From the NCBI GenBank assembly GCA_964531785.1, contig CAZHFF010000004.1, positions 1,169 through 65,168 on the forward strand: a stretch of 64,000 bases of DNA. Reading direction: 5' to 3'. The DNA comes from an uncultured Candidatus Saccharibacteria bacterium. Its GTDB lineage: Bacteria > Patescibacteriota > Minisyncoccia > Phycocordibacterales > UBA12088. Under the pieces are notes generated by a model, which ran no database searches, was not told the DNA's origin, and saw only the letters and a list, made by a program, of their open reading frames with translations. Of the stretch, positions 33,961-44,771 are shown piece by piece. Position 1 is the first letter of the stretch. Each line of letters opens with the position of its first letter. The position numbers and the translations under genes are program-made.

Positions 33961-34275
33961 CTACATGAAGAGCGCAAGAGCTTCTTCGGGATGTGGCGTG
34001 CCAATTGGCCCGAACAGCTGCATGTAGAACTCTCCTATCGTGCGAGCATTCTGGTCACCCTGTTCGACGTACAACGAACATTCCTCGAACTCAGCAAGAT
34101 CGCTGCTCCATGCTACATACAGTGTGACCGGACCGGTCAGTGGGTGCGTGGTCAAGATGGGTATGCAGGCAAAACTTTTTTCGAGCAAGGCAGGATCGTG
34201 CTCGAATGCGCGTACCATGTTACGGTCGATCGGCCCGATGCGTTGCAGCACTTTATGTATAGGACGATGGGTCAA
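33961..34275 (-). CDS. 104-aa hypothetical protein (TTG start)
   Basis: RBS AAGGAG 7 nt upstream of TTG at 34275; no family recognised. Confidence 0.55.
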   Translation of the reverse strand: MTHRPIHKVLQRIGPIDRNMVRAFEHDPALLEKSFACIPILTTHPLTGPVTLYVAWSSDLAEFEECSLYVEQGDQNARTIGEFYMQLFGPIGTPHPEEALALFM

Positions 34276-34381
34276 GAACCTACTCCTTAGTCTTCAAGCA
34301 AGATACCATAACCAACGCCGTGAGGACACAAACAAGGTTATTGCTTTGCGTGACGCGCAAACCCGTAGCACCTTGAGTACC

Positions 34382-34411
34382 TTGACACAGCGCGCAGAAG
34401 TGACATAGTAT
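34382..34411 (+). promoter_or_regulatory. Sigma70-type promoter
   Basis: TTGACA (34382-34387), 18-nt spacer, TAGTAT (34406-34411). Confidence 0.6.
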
Positions 34412-34436
34412 TAGTTAGTGAGATAAGGAGCAAAGC

Positions 34437-34802
34437 ATGTTGATCCTTGACTTTGCACGGCCTGTGGTCGTTCTGGCAATGCTTGGTGCAGAGCAACCGA
34501 TACCGAACACCGCAACTCACGTGGTGGAACTCAGCGCCGGCCAAGCGCTGAGATTGTGTGCGGCTGGTGGTGCGTGTAGGAACGTTGCCATACTGACCAC
34601 CTGTATGGAAGACATACAGGGCGTGGTCGTCACCCCCGTGGGGTACCAGGCCGGTATCATGGTCTACGGCCGTCCGCATCTACTGCTTGCGCATGACATG
34701 CTGCAGAACGGCCCTTCCACACTGACGGTCGGCGACATCATCGCTACTGCAGGCACCTGTAAAGCGACGTTCATACATCAGTATGAAGAGGCGGTGCCAT
34801 GA
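34437..34802 (+). CDS. 121-aa hypothetical protein
   Basis: RBS AAGGAG 6 nt upstream; no family recognised. Confidence 0.6.
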   Translation: MLILDFARPVVVLAMLGAEQPIPNTATHVVELSAGQALRLCAAGGACRNVAILTTCMEDIQGVVVTPVGYQAGIMVYGRPHLLLAHDMLQNGPSTLTVGDIIATAGTCKATFIHQYEEAVP

Positions 34803-34908
34803 GCACTATGCCCCGGATCCTGTTCCGGGGCATATTTCGGCCTTACTGAGGCGGACTTGCAATAGCGCGGAGGACCGCTACAGTGAGAGGAGTACAGGGA
34901 GAGCGAGC

Positions 34909-35211
34909 ATGGACAGTGATTGGGAAGAGCGTCGAAAGAGGGCTGAGGTCTGGTACCGGCTCTGGCAGCGATGTGTCAACAGCGGCGCCCCGACGCAGGA
35001 ACAGTATCTTCAGGAGGTCATTCAGTTGTTCTTGAAGCAGGTCGGGTACAGCCCGGGAGAGGGTATGTACGTGGTACGAGACAACCAGCTCATACGTCTT
35101 CGGACAGTCCCCCTGCTCGACCGGCTATCGGACGACGGCACACCTACTGCTGCACCGGCGAGCCTTGAGCGCTACAAACATCTTCGGTTGGTAGATGAGA
35201 CCTTCGAATGA
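34909..35211 (+). CDS. 100-aa hypothetical protein
   Basis: MDSDWEERRKRAEVWYRLWQRC...; RBS GAGAGGAG/GGGAGAG upstream. The upstream part of track ORF 34783.. spans a hairpin (ATGCCCCGGA/TCCGGGGCAT) and was discarded. Confidence 0.55.
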   Translation: MDSDWEERRKRAEVWYRLWQRCVNSGAPTQEQYLQEVIQLFLKQVGYSPGEGMYVVRDNQLIRLRTVPLLDRLSDDGTPTAAPASLERYKHLRLVDETFE

Positions 35212-35245
35212 CCGCTCCTGTCTTGATGTGACCGAGATACAAATG

Positions 35246-35273
35246 ACCGGCCTCATGCATGAGGCCGGTTGTT
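35246..35273. terminator. Perfect 24-nt palindrome between convergent genes
   Basis: ACCGGCCTCATGCATGAGGCCGGT followed by TGTT. Confidence 0.6.
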
Positions 35274-35314
35274 ACGTCACGCTTTAAGTAACGTCGTGAC
35301 GCGTGGTGCGAGCA

Positions 35315-36523
35315 CTAGTTGAGCACACGTACCCACTTTACGATGGGTAGTTCCCTTATCAGCTCAATGATGCTGAGCCGGCCTTCGTAGGTCTTGACAG
35401 CGTCGACGTCGACGATAAGATAGCCAAGCAAGTTTTTCGTACCGAGCTCCATCCTGCTGATGTTCATGCCGGCGTTACGGATCGTTTTAAGGATCTCGAA
35501 TGCAACACCCGGTTGGTTTTGGTGCAGCACAGCAAAGCGTGTCGTGTGCGCTGGTACGCGGTTCATGCTCACGACAGGCGCATTGACGGCACTCAGTACA
35601 GCAGCATCCCTGCAAAACGCCATGATCTGCTCTACAGCGTAGGTGGAGCTCCGAAGCTCCGCTTCTTTTGTTGTGGCACCAATGTGTGGCGTTTGAAAAC
35701 AATCATCGCGTCGCGCAAGCGGGAAGTCGCTGCAGTATCCCGACAGCACGCCGCTATCAAGCGCTGCAAGAACGTCTCCTGCCTCAATGATCTCGGCTCT
35801 GGCCGTATTGATGAGCAGCATACCGCGCTTCGCGCCTGCAAGCAGATGAGCGTTGACCATGCCTTTCGTGGACGGGTTTGCCGGAATGTGGAACGTCACG
35901 ATGTCGCACATCTGCATCAGCCGCTCAAGCGTCACGAACCGCATCGTGTCACCATATCTGCTTACGGTCTGAGGATTGGTTTCGTGCGCGGCCACTTCCA
36001 TCCGAAATCCCTGCGCGATCTGTGCCACATGCTGGCCGATGTTCCCGTAGCCAACGATGCCCAATGTTTTTCCAGTGATCTCATACCCCTGGTTCTGTTT
36101 CTTTTTTTTCCACGCCTCCAGGGGGTTACTTTCGGGATCCCGAAGATGGCTGCTCGAATACTTGAAGCCCTCGACAAGACGTCGCGACGCAGCGAGCATC
36201 AGCGTGAACACGAGCAGTGCAACGCTTAAGCTGTTGCTGTCGGCTGTGTTTTCGACAATGATGCCACGCTCGGCGCACCAGGTGACGCCTTCTGTGCCGG
36301 TCCGCTCTAACGCGTCGTGCGCAATAGTGTCGAAGCCCGCGCCTGCGCGTACAATAAGACGGACTGACGGAGGTATATCGTCGATACTGAGCTTGTGTCC
36401 TCGAAGCAGGATCGCGTCTGGGGACTGCACGTCGGGCCCAACGTTCCAATTGGTGGGAAAAAGCGCCAACCCGGCGGGGTCGATGTTGTCAAAGGTGCGT
36501 ACGGTGTAAGGTTTGGTACTCAA
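35315..36523 (-). CDS. serA: D-3-phosphoglycerate dehydrogenase with C-terminal ACT domain
   Basis: NAD fold GIVGYGNIGQHVA, catalytic region TPHIGATTKEA, ACT-like FAVLHQNQPGVAFEILKTIRNAGMNI. Confidence 0.8.
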   Translation of the reverse strand: MSTKPYTVRTFDNIDPAGLALFPTNWNVGPDVQSPDAILLRGHKLSIDDIPPSVRLIVRAGAGFDTIAHDALERTGTEGVTWCAERGIIVENTADSNSLSVALLVFTLMLAASRRLVEGFKYSSSHLRDPESNPLEAWKKKKQNQGYEITGKTLGIVGYGNIGQHVAQIAQGFRMEVAAHETNPQTVSRYGDTMRFVTLERLMQMCDIVTFHIPANPSTKGMVNAHLLAGAKRGMLLINTARAEIIEAGDVLAALDSGVLSGYCSDFPLARRDDCFQTPHIGATTKEAELRSSTYAVEQIMAFCRDAAVLSAVNAPVVSMNRVPAHTTRFAVLHQNQPGVAFEILKTIRNAGMNISRMELGTKNLLGYLIVDVDAVKTYEGRLSIIELIRELPIVKWVRVLN

Positions 36524-36588
36524 TGTTCTGCTCTCTTGCTGTTTCTAGCGGCACTATAGCAGATACCGGGCAACTGTCGACAGAAGCC

Positions 36589-37707
36589 TCAGCACGTTCC
36601 GTACGGTATGGAAATGCAGAACATGCTGCCTGCGCCCGGCGCACTCTCGACCCATATACGTCCACCGTGCGCCTCGATGATACGCCGACAGAGGAATAGC
36701 CCGACACCCATGCCGGACTGGGTCTGTGCATCAGGTGCACGATAGAACCGCTCGAAGATCTTTTCATGAAGCTCGGAAGGGATGCCAGGACCTTGGTCTC
36801 GCACGCATATCCTCGCCTCGCGCTCGCCTTCGCTCAGGCGTATCACTATCTTGCTCGCCGGTGCGTACTTATGCGCATTTTCAAGAAGGTTCTGCAATAC
36901 TTGCTCGAGCCGCGCGGGGTCTGCACAAACCTGCGGACGAACTCTGCCCTTCACGCTGACGAGCGCAGTTCGATCGGTCCTTATGAGCTCGGCGCGGCAG
37001 GTACGCACGAGCGCGTGCAGGTCTATCGGCTCCTTTGCAATCGTCAGCGTACCGCCCTCAGCTCGGTTGATGTCCGAGAGTTCGCCGACCAAGCGTGTGA
37101 GCTTTTCGACCTGTCGGCGGATCGCAGCGATGTGTTCTGCATAGTACTTGGCATGCTCAGTGCGGAGTGTGTGTTCAAGGTTGGTCGTACTCAGGTTGAT
37201 GACCGAGAGCGGATTCCTGAGCTCATGACTCGTAGCGCTCAAGAACTCTGACCGCCAGGTGTCTAGCTGTTTCTGATGATCGACCTCCTGTTCTGCGAGG
37301 AGAAGCTGGGTCTTTGTGGCGACGTACTCCTGAGTGTTCGGCAAAGCCACGAGTTGCGGCATAACCCACCATACCGCAACGGCAGATATCACGGACACAA
37401 GCGCGGTCATCACATCAACAGCTACTTGAATATAAAAGAACCCGACATGCATGGTTATGGCATGCACTGCATGATGCAGACCGCACCAGAGAATAAAAGC
37501 AGCAAACAGATAGTACAGATAAGGCCGCACGACCAGGTCGGGTCGACGATATATGAAGTAGAGGATAGCGGTCGGTAGACTAAAGTATGCAAGTGCGACG
37601 ACCACGTTCGCTGCAGTGAGTGACCATGCAATACCCGCAACATCACCAAAGTGAACGCTGTGCGGCTCGAAATACGTTGGGTCGAACCAGTGGCTCACTT
37701 GCTCCAT
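36589..37707 (-). CDS. Membrane sensor histidine kinase
   Basis: About 5 N-terminal TM helices; H box SATSHELRNPL; N box LLENAHKY; G boxes DQGPGI and GMGVGL. Confidence 0.85.
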   Translation of the reverse strand: MEQVSHWFDPTYFEPHSVHFGDVAGIAWSLTAANVVVALAYFSLPTAILYFIYRRPDLVVRPYLYYLFAAFILWCGLHHAVHAITMHVGFFYIQVAVDVMTALVSVISAVAVWWVMPQLVALPNTQEYVATKTQLLLAEQEVDHQKQLDTWRSEFLSATSHELRNPLSVINLSTTNLEHTLRTEHAKYYAEHIAAIRRQVEKLTRLVGELSDINRAEGGTLTIAKEPIDLHALVRTCRAELIRTDRTALVSVKGRVRPQVCADPARLEQVLQNLLENAHKYAPASKIVIRLSEGEREARICVRDQGPGIPSELHEKIFERFYRAPDAQTQSGMGVGLFLCRRIIEAHGGRIWVESAPGAGSMFCISIPYGTC

Positions 37708-37873
37708 AGGATAGTGCTGTCGTCCTAGAGATTAAGCCGCTCAGTGTCGAGTGTGCGGGTATCAAGCATACAGAAATGGCTAATGTCATAGTAGCGTACC
37801 AGCAGCCGGGTGCAACTAGTAAAGGTGCGGAGGTGTGTGGTATGTGCCGTGCCGCTGTGCCCTGGTGTTCTGT

Positions 37874-38188
37874 CTACTCTGGAACACGTACGTCGATTGC
37901 ACCCTCACCACCATGCTCCGGCTTGGCGTAGGTGTAATCGAGCGAAAGAGTTCCAAGGATCGCCTTCACGAGGGTCGGCAGCACCGGGACCCCGCCTGCC
38001 GACCGAGTGCCCTTCCCGACGACGATACGCACGCGTGACCAGTGGTTGCGGTCGGCGTCCTCAAGAAATCGAAGCACTGCCTCTCTTGCTTCGCTCCTTG
38101 TATATCCGTGCAGGTCGAGCTCTGCATCAATAGTTGGCGTATACTGCTTTGTTCGCCTGGGTCTGCGTGGCATATGGCGTGCCTGCAC
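37874..38188 (-). CDS. Smr-domain protein
   Basis: LDLHGYTRSEAREAVLRFL...VRIVVGKGTRS. Confidence 0.75.
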   Translation of the reverse strand: MQARHMPRRPRRTKQYTPTIDAELDLHGYTRSEAREAVLRFLEDADRNHWSRVRIVVGKGTRSAGGVPVLPTLVKAILGTLSLDYTYAKPEHGGEGAIDVRVPE

Positions 38189-38194
38189 CGATCA

Positions 38195-39172
38195 CTATGG
38201 CTGGAAGAGCTCCTCTGGCACAAAGCGAACCTCCCTTACGATATCGAACTGCTGTGCTGTCCGTTCGATCTGCGCCCACAGCACTCCGGTGCGGCACGCG
38301 CCGCCCGTGGTTCGGCTATTTGGGTCGTTGAAGCTTAAAGTCAAGACACCATCGCGAACCGACGCGCCGGTCAGCTCTAACCCCGGTAGGGGGAATTCGG
38401 TCGAGATACCCTGTGCGGCTTCCTCTCGAGTCAGCGTGCCGGAAAGAAGGAGACGCACCGTGTCCTGGATCGGCGTGTCCGAGTGCGGGATAGAGCGCTC
38501 GACCTTGACCAGCCCCTGTGCCGAGCACAATACGTTGCCGTCCGCATCCAGGTCGCGTGCGGGGTCGTAGTAGTAGAGATCAATGGTTTGCGTCCTCGTG
38601 TCTGCTGTTTGTTCGGTGTTGAAACGTACCGGAATACGGAGCTCATCATCGTGCTCGGGGAGGCCGGACGGATTCGACCGTTCCAGTATCAGCATGCCGG
38701 TCGGTGTCGTGGGTGGCAGGAAGGTCAGCGTGCCGGTAAAGGACACGAACCTCTCGGTCATCCATTCATCCGTAGCTTCGGCGTAGTGCGAGGCGACCGG
38801 CGTACCGTTCGCGTCCTCGATACGCACCGGAAAACTGGCTTCGAAGTACCAGGGGCCCCGTGCTTTGCCGCGTATGACAAGCGGTGATGTGACCGTGTCA
38901 AGAGGTTGTGGCTTTTCGAGCACGATCAGATCACGTTTACGCTCGATCGCTGCGACCACATCAGCCGAGAGTTCTCCGGACAGTGCCTCGGTAAATCGCG
39001 TACCGTCCGGCAGCGTGCAGGTACGAGGACTGCCAGTCACCGGGTAGCCTGCGCGTTCACACTCCGAAAAGGATGACACGGGCCCGAGATCTCGTTCGTA
39101 GTACGTAATTCCGATCGCCAGAACGAGCGCCAGGACAACGCAGCCGATGAGTATCTTGAGCGTGGTACGCAT
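38195..39172 (-). CDS. Membrane-anchored Gmad2 Ig-like + GerMN domain protein
   Basis: MRTTLKILIGCVVLALVLAIG anchor; PLVIRGKARGPWYFEASFPVRIEDANG (Gmad2); C-terminal TVRLLLSGTLT...LTLSFN...VREVRFVPEELFQP (GerMN). Start moved to Met43, which removes the overlap with the upstream gene. Confidence 0.7.
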   Translation of the reverse strand: MRTTLKILIGCVVLALVLAIGITYYERDLGPVSSFSECERAGYPVTGSPRTCTLPDGTRFTEALSGELSADVVAAIERKRDLIVLEKPQPLDTVTSPLVIRGKARGPWYFEASFPVRIEDANGTPVASHYAEATDEWMTERFVSFTGTLTFLPPTTPTGMLILERSNPSGLPEHDDELRIPVRFNTEQTADTRTQTIDLYYYDPARDLDADGNVLCSAQGLVKVERSIPHSDTPIQDTVRLLLSGTLTREEAAQGISTEFPLPGLELTGASVRDGVLTLSFNDPNSRTTGGACRTGVLWAQIERTAQQFDIVREVRFVPEELFQP

Positions 39173-39248
39173 GATATCTTTATTGTATACCGTAAGCTGA
39201 TGCGCGCAATCACCATCACGCGTTGGTCCGCCCTCTCGGTCGTGAACA

Positions 39249-40097
39249 TTACCTAGTGAGCACAAGGTCTGCAACGATCGGCAGGTGGTCCGATGCATAC
39301 GGCGGCAAGCATTCGCATGTGGTAAATTGCTCGACTACAACACTTGGCGCACGCACAAAGAGGTAATCAATACGCAAGCACACTTTACTGCGAGTCACCG
39401 GGTGCGGTACCCCGAGTACGCAAGTATGCTCAGGCCCTTCCACGCTCTGTGCGACTCGTCGTGCGTCGGTAAGTGCGCTTGCAAGCATTGCGTAGGTTTG
39501 TGACCGCTCGATCATGTTCAGGTCACCCATGACAATGGCCGGCACCTCAGGCGGCAGGTGCTCGATCTGTCCACAGAGCATCATCGCACCCTTGCGACGC
39601 GCAACGTGACTCATGTGGTCAAAATGAGTGTTCACGATGTGCACGATACTTTGCGAGCCTTTTTCCAAAAGGTGTGCCCAGGTGATCGTGCGCGGGAGCG
39701 CCGAGTGCCAGTCTCTGGAACCGGGCTGGAACGGATTTTTGCTTATCCAATAGGTGTCCGATGTGACCAACTCGAAACGGTCAGCGCGGTAGAGGATGGG
39801 GTTGCCTTCGCCCGTGCCGTCCGCACGGCGAGACCGGCCCACATACGCGTACGGCTGTGCTGGTGACGTGAGCGCTTCGGTCAGCGCGTCCATGCGGAAC
39901 ACCGGTACCTCCTGGAGCCCGATCACGTCCGCGTTGAGCGAACGCAGCACTTCCACAAGTGCCGCCTCCTGTGCCGCACCCTTCTTGGTGCTTGACCGCA
40001 GGAACGGCCACCACTTGGTATTGACACTTGCGGCACGAATATGCATAGTGAACGAGGAAGCGAACCTCCTTTGTTCGCGCAAACGCAAGTGTACCAC
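39249..40097 (-). CDS. Endonuclease/exonuclease/phosphatase (EEP) family protein
   Basis: VIGLQEV, VNTHFDH, GDLN, SDHLPIVADL. Confidence 0.8.
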   Translation of the reverse strand: MVHLRLREQRRFASSFTMHIRAASVNTKWWPFLRSSTKKGAAQEAALVEVLRSLNADVIGLQEVPVFRMDALTEALTSPAQPYAYVGRSRRADGTGEGNPILYRADRFELVTSDTYWISKNPFQPGSRDWHSALPRTITWAHLLEKGSQSIVHIVNTHFDHMSHVARRKGAMMLCGQIEHLPPEVPAIVMGDLNMIERSQTYAMLASALTDARRVAQSVEGPEHTCVLGVPHPVTRSKVCLRIDYLFVRAPSVVVEQFTTCECLPPYASDHLPIVADLVLTR

Positions 40098-40110
40098 ATC
40101 TGGAGGTTAT

Positions 40111-40401
40111 ATGCCGAAGCTAACCAAATGGCAGCGCGGCACCGGTCTGCGGGGCCTTGGCGGGATACAGGATGGCGCGCCGCCTACCCGTTTTACTAAG
40201 TTTTTGCACAATGCACACAGGGAAACGCAGCTCAAACAGCGGTTCCCGCTCAAGTCACGGGCACGGGTTCTGGCCAGTAACGAGCGGTGTGTCATCGTCG
40301 GCTACGTCCTGAATCGTGGCGAGATCAAGGTTCGATTGCTCGAAGGCCCGAAGAAGGGCGAGGTCATTAACGTCGCATCATCCGCTCTCGTACTCGAGTA
40401 A
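40111..40401 (+). CDS. 96-aa hypothetical basic protein
   Basis: RBS GGAGG 6 nt before ATG 40111; terminator follows. The rest of track ORF 39796..40401 is antisense to the EEP gene. Confidence 0.55.
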   Translation: MPKLTKWQRGTGLRGLGGIQDGAPPTRFTKFLHNAHRETQLKQRFPLKSRARVLASNERCVIVGYVLNRGEIKVRLLEGPKKGEVINVASSALVLE

Positions 40402-40407
40402 CCACTC

Positions 40408-40435
40408 CGGCCATGCAGTTGCATGGCCGTTTCCC
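40408..40435 (+). terminator. Rho-independent terminator
   Basis: CGGCCATGC-agtt-GCATGGCCG followed by TTTCCC. Confidence 0.6.
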
Positions 40436-40478
40436 TGCTTGCCACTGTTCCAGCCTGCCTGCATACTGATAACTACCC

Positions 40479-42713
40479 ATGCGCCTGTTGATCATCGCGA
40501 ACCGACTCCCCATATCGCTCGACGTTCGAAGCGGAACACTTGAAGTGCGCGACAGTGCCGGCGGGCTTGCGACCGGCCTCTCCACCTTTCTTGGCGCGTG
40601 GCACGGTGCTGACGCGGGTCGCGAACATGTATGGGTCGGATGGCCGGGGTGCGCTGTGCCCGACTCGTTCCGTACTGAGGCGACTCAGTATCTCGGAAAC
40701 CAGAACTTGGCGCCGGTGTTCCTCAACGAGGAAGAGCAAGATGCGTTCTATTATGGGTTTTGCAACGATACGATATGGCCGCTCTTTCATTCTTTTCCCT
40801 CGCTGGTCGAATATGATGCTGCATCCTGGGACGCGTACGTGCATGTTAACGAACGATTTGCAGAGCAGATCGCCGACATGGTACGGCAGGATGATACGAT
40901 CTGGATCCATGATTACCAGCTCATGCTCGTACCGAAACTCCTGCGTGAACGACTCGGACCCGATGTGCCTATTGGTTTCTTCCTTCACACCCCCTTCCCG
41001 ACGTTCGAGATATTTCGTCTTTTGCCGAAGCCCTGGAAACGATCGATCCTGAAAGGGTTACTGGGGGCTGACATCGTCGGCTTCCATACATATGACTACG
41101 CACAGTATTTCGCCGGCTGTGTTGAACGTATTCTGGGGTATGAGCGTACTGCCGAAGCGATCCATATTCCGGGGAGGACCGTTCAAACGCAAGCGTTCCC
41201 CATCGGTATCGATTTCAGAAAGTTCCACGATAGCCCGGTCACAGCTGAAGTCGAGGCACAGCGCGCTCTCTTGACCCGCGCGGTCGGCGACCGCAAGCTC
41301 ATCCTGTCGATCGATCGGCTTGACTACACCAAGGGGATCACCAACCGACTGCTCGCGTACGAGCAGTTCTTGAGCGAACACCCCGAGTACCAGAACAAGG
41401 TCACGCTTGCCCTGGTCGTGATCCCGTCCCGGGAGGAGGTGCCGCGCTATGCAGGCATGAAGCGCAAGATCGACGGTCTGGTGGGACGTATCAACGGTCG
41501 CTTTGGTGCGCTCGATTGGACACCGATCCTCTACCAGTACTCGAGCCTTCCGTTCCGTGAACTGTCTGCACTCTACAGCGAAAGTGATGTTGCGCTCGTT
41601 ACGCCACTTCGTGATGGCATGAACATGATCGCGAAAGAGTACATTGCTTCAAGGCGTGACCAGACGGGCGTTCTTGTGTTGAGCGAACTTGCCGGTGCGG
41701 CCCACGAGCTTGGTGAAGCCGTGCTCATCAACCCTAATCACCAGGACGAGATAACCGAGGCGCTGTTCACTGCGCTCACGATGCCGACTGGTGAGCAGGT
41801 GCAGAACAACACGTTCATGCAGGAAAGGCTGCGTCAGTATGACATCGTGCGTTGGGGCAATGACTTCCTTGACGAGCTCGCTTTACAGAAACAAACGGAG
41901 CGTACCGAACGACGGCCGTTCTATCTTGGTGACGATGAACAGAAGGTCCTGCAGCGGGACTTTGCGGACGCGAAGCGACGACTGCTGCTCTTGGATTACG
42001 ATGGCACGCTCGTTCCTTTCGCTAAGAATCCCCTACTGGCACAGCCGGACGACGATCTGCTGCGACTCTTGAGCGAGCTTACCGCACTACGGAACACACA
42101 GGTCGCGGTACTGTCTGGTCGAAGTAAGGAAACGCTTGATACTTGGCTCGGGTCGACAGGTGCACTTCTGTCGGCCGAGCACGGTGCCTGGATCAAGGAC
42201 CTGAACGGCTGGCGGGTCGTTGCGGACCTTGATACGTCCTGGAAGGAGGTCGTGCTACCCATCCTCGAGACGTATGTTGATCGGATACCTGGTACGTTCG
42301 TGGAGAAGAAAGAATATTCCCTTGTCTGGCACTACAGGAACGCGAACCCGGCCATGGCGAACATGCGTGCAAAAGAACTGGTAAGTACGCTTCGGTCAGT
42401 GACGAGCGGCATGAAAGCACTGGTGCAGACAGGCAGTAAGATCGTCGAAGTGCGTGCGCAGGGCGTTGACAAAGGTTCCGTTGCAACATTGCTACACGAA
42501 GCGTACCAGAGTGAGTTCATCCTTGCCCTAGGTGATGATACGACCGATGAGGATATGTTCCGCGCTCTTCCCGAGACAGCGTATACGGTGAAAGTTCGGC
42601 AGGGCGAAAGCACCGCCCGGTACAGCACAGAGGGCCCTATCGAGGTGCGAGCACTCCTCAAAACGCTGTCGGGTGGTCTTATGGACGAGGGGTCGAACAC
42701 GCGAAAGCGGTAG
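40479..42713 (+). CDS. Bifunctional trehalose-6-phosphate synthase (GT20) / phosphatase (HAD) fusion
   Basis: [48 protein letters not shown] (OtsA part); [12 protein letters not shown] ... [12 protein letters not shown] (OtsB part). Confidence 0.9.
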   Translation: MRLLIIANRLPISLDVRSGTLEVRDSAGGLATGLSTFLGAWHGADAGREHVWVGWPGCAVPDSFRTEATQYLGNQNLAPVFLNEEEQDAFYYGFCNDTIWPLFHSFPSLVEYDAASWDAYVHVNERFAEQIADMVRQDDTIWIHDYQLMLVPKLLRERLGPDVPIGFFLHTPFPTFEIFRLLPKPWKRSILKGLLGADIVGFHTYDYAQYFAGCVERILGYERTAEAIHIPGRTVQTQAFPIGIDFRKFHDSPVTAEVEAQRALLTRAVGDRKLILSIDRLDYTKGITNRLLAYEQFLSEHPEYQNKVTLALVVIPSREEVPRYAGMKRKIDGLVGRINGRFGALDWTPILYQYSSLPFRELSALYSESDVALVTPLRDGMNMIAKEYIASRRDQTGVLVLSELAGAAHELGEAVLINPNHQDEITEALFTALTMPTGEQVQNNTFMQERLRQYDIVRWGNDFLDELALQKQTERTERRPFYLGDDEQKVLQRDFADAKRRLLLLDYDGTLVPFAKNPLLAQPDDDLLRLLSELTALRNTQVAVLSGRSKETLDTWLGSTGALLSAEHGAWIKDLNGWRVVADLDTSWKEVVLPILETYVDRIPGTFVEKKEYSLVWHYRNANPAMANMRAKELVSTLRSVTSGMKALVQTGSKIVEVRAQGVDKGSVATLLHEAYQSEFILALGDDTTDEDMFRALPETAYTVKVRQGESTARYSTEGPIEVRALLKTLSGGLMDEGSNTRKR

Positions 42714-42726
42714 TACGTAGTTTTTA

Positions 42727-43281
42727 TTGCACGCAAGGCAATGGCGTGCTATGAAATGCTGCAGAGCGACCGAGGGAGATATCGTGGCAGAATATGCAAT
42801 CGAGTGCGTCGGCCTTACTTGGTTGCGCATGCTCCTCTTTTTGTATCGACGTCGTATTGCTTTTGGACAGGACGTGCTTCGGTTCGTACATGGCGCAGCA
42901 CCTCACAGAGGCAAGGTCGTGATCTGTACAGCGGAGGCACACCTGTTCTATGCACCGAACAGAACAGATATGAACCTGCCGTTCCATGCACTTCTACGCA
43001 ACACGATCAAAGCAGAGCGACCACGCTTTGCACCAGTTCCGATGGAGGCCGCCCTGCGATTTTTCGCATATGGTCATGCGATCCCGTATGAAACACTGGT
43101 GCTCTGTGAAGATGTGCTTCCCTGCAAGAGGGACCGATCAGGTACCGAACGCATGAGCTTATTATGTCAACGGGATGATGGCGAGCTTGTACACGTGTGG
43201 CGCAGGTGTGGGAGCGAGAGTCGTGACTGGGTGCGGAGGCACAACGTCTTGTGCTTGAGGAAAGGATACGGTGTGCTGTAG
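42727..43281 (+). CDS. Hypothetical protein (start uncertain)
   Basis: Open frame ending at a hairpin; no motif; several possible internal starts. Confidence 0.35.
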   Translation: MHARQWRAMKCCRATEGDIVAEYAIECVGLTWLRMLLFLYRRRIAFGQDVLRFVHGAAPHRGKVVICTAEAHLFYAPNRTDMNLPFHALLRNTIKAERPRFAPVPMEAALRFFAYGHAIPYETLVLCEDVLPCKRDRSGTERMSLLCQRDDGELVHVWRRCGSESRDWVRRHNVLCLRKGYGVL

Positions 43282-43289
43282 CATGAAGA

Positions 43290-43314
43290 ACGGGTCGTCA
43301 GACTGACGGCCCGT
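43290..43314. terminator. Hairpin between convergent genes
   Basis: ACGGGTCGTCAG-a-CTGACGGCCCGT (one G-U), followed by TATTGTGTG on plus. Confidence 0.55.
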
Positions 43315-43326
43315 TATTGTGTGCAG

Positions 43327-43770
43327 TCAAGCGCTTCGACGCTTCCACGCATCCAGCGAAACGACGTTGGTCTTGGAATCAACCATTTCGCTCGGGTCTG
43401 ACCAATTGCTTGCCAGCAGGCCTGTTCGCACACAGCTTACTCGATCAGCTGCAAGTCCGTTCGCGGTTCGGAACCACTCGAACGCACGAGGGCTCATTGA
43501 AAAGAGTTTCGTCCGGAGTGTTTCCGTATCGAAGTCATTCAGACAGAAGTGGTCAAGCAACACTGACTGTTGCATCCGCATGTGCGCCACTTGAAAGTTG
43601 GCCCACGGTTCCGTGAGGGTCACTCGGGAGGCTGCTATCCAACGATGGGTTGGGGTACCGACATAGCAGAGCATCCTACGAGCCGTCTCTTCACTCTGGA
43701 GCGTGAAATCAAAACGACCGGTGATGATGTAGAGGACAAAATAAGTGGAATGCCGCTCACTTGGGACCAT
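43327..43770 (-). CDS. 147-aa hypothetical protein
   Basis: Open frame only; no confident family. Confidence 0.45.
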   Translation of the reverse strand: MVPSERHSTYFVLYIITGRFDFTLQSEETARRMLCYVGTPTHRWIAASRVTLTEPWANFQVAHMRMQQSVLLDHFCLNDFDTETLRTKLFSMSPRAFEWFRTANGLAADRVSCVRTGLLASNWSDPSEMVDSKTNVVSLDAWKRRSA

Positions 43771-43923
43771 GTCAGGTTTCCTCGGGTACTGTAGTAACTC
43801 TTACTTGAGCATAGCGATGACAGCAGAAAAAGCAAGCATTGGTGACCTTGCCTGTCGTGCGTGCGAGCGTAAGCGGTCGAAAGGATACCCCTTCCCCCGA
43901 TGTCCCATTCGAGGACAACCGTC

Positions 43924-44655
43924 CTATTCGCCGACCGGTCGGCGTACCTCCTGTACCTTCCACGTTCCTTCCTCATGCACGAGGTGTAGCACACGAAGCA
44001 CGCGACCGCCTGAGTAGTTGAGTCCGAGCGTGAGTAGTGCGCTCTCAAGTCCCTCCACTTCAAGATCCTCAACGCTCACGCCTTGATCGGGCACGTCCTG
44101 TATACCAACGAAGCGTGCAAGGTCGGGCAGAAGCATCTCGTACGTAACCTGCTCCTGAGCAGCACGAGAGAGCGAATCGTAGAGTCGACGTTCGGCTTCG
44201 GTGTCGGTGTTCGGCGGAGCAACGAGAACGACATCCTGCATGAACCTGTAGCCAACTCGTTCAATTTCGTCGTGGTCTGGGCCGGGAACCACGACGCTAT
44301 TGCGTATATATACCATACGCGGTGTGCGTTCCTCACCCTGTTCAAAGGACAGGTCATACGCACCCGCTTCCTCATAAGAATTGAAGGAGACGAGGGTAAG
44401 TCCATAGCTTTCACCAATCGAGAGTACCGCGATACGTGCCGCTTCAAGTATGCCCGGGGTCATCTCCCACGCACGGACACATGCCCGAGCGGTTTCGTCC
44501 CAGCTATACCCTGCGGGAGTCAGACATCCCTCCGGGGTTCGTGTCCCACCGACCAGAGGCTCGCGCGGCTCAGGTCCCTGGTTAGACTGGCTCCAAAGGA
44601 ACAGTGCAATAAGCACAAGTGCTACCAGAACAATGCTCGTATAGAGGTATTTCAT
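43924..44655 (-). CDS. Hypothetical secreted/membrane-anchored protein
   Basis: MKYLYTSIVLVALVLIALFLW anchor (start moved to Met12). Confidence 0.6.
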   Translation of the reverse strand: MKYLYTSIVLVALVLIALFLWSQSNQGPEPREPLVGGTRTPEGCLTPAGYSWDETARACVRAWEMTPGILEAARIAVLSIGESYGLTLVSFNSYEEAGAYDLSFEQGEERTPRMVYIRNSVVVPGPDHDEIERVGYRFMQDVVLVAPPNTDTEAERRLYDSLSRAAQEQVTYEMLLPDLARFVGIQDVPDQGVSVEDLEVEGLESALLTLGLNYSGGRVLRVLHLVHEEGTWKVQEVRRPVGE

Positions 44656-44771
44656 ACCGGGAGCGTAGCAGAGCACGCTTCCGAACACAAGCTCTGGTAC
44701 GTGTGTACGGTTGCATGGCGTCTGAGGTATATGGTACCGTTCCGGGAGCAGCGACCACGAAGGAGGTTTCG

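Noticed and set aside
39796-40110. First 105 codons of track ORF 39796..40401(+)
   Set aside because: They are antisense to the EEP-family gene. Only the last 96 codons are preceded by a GGAGG RBS.
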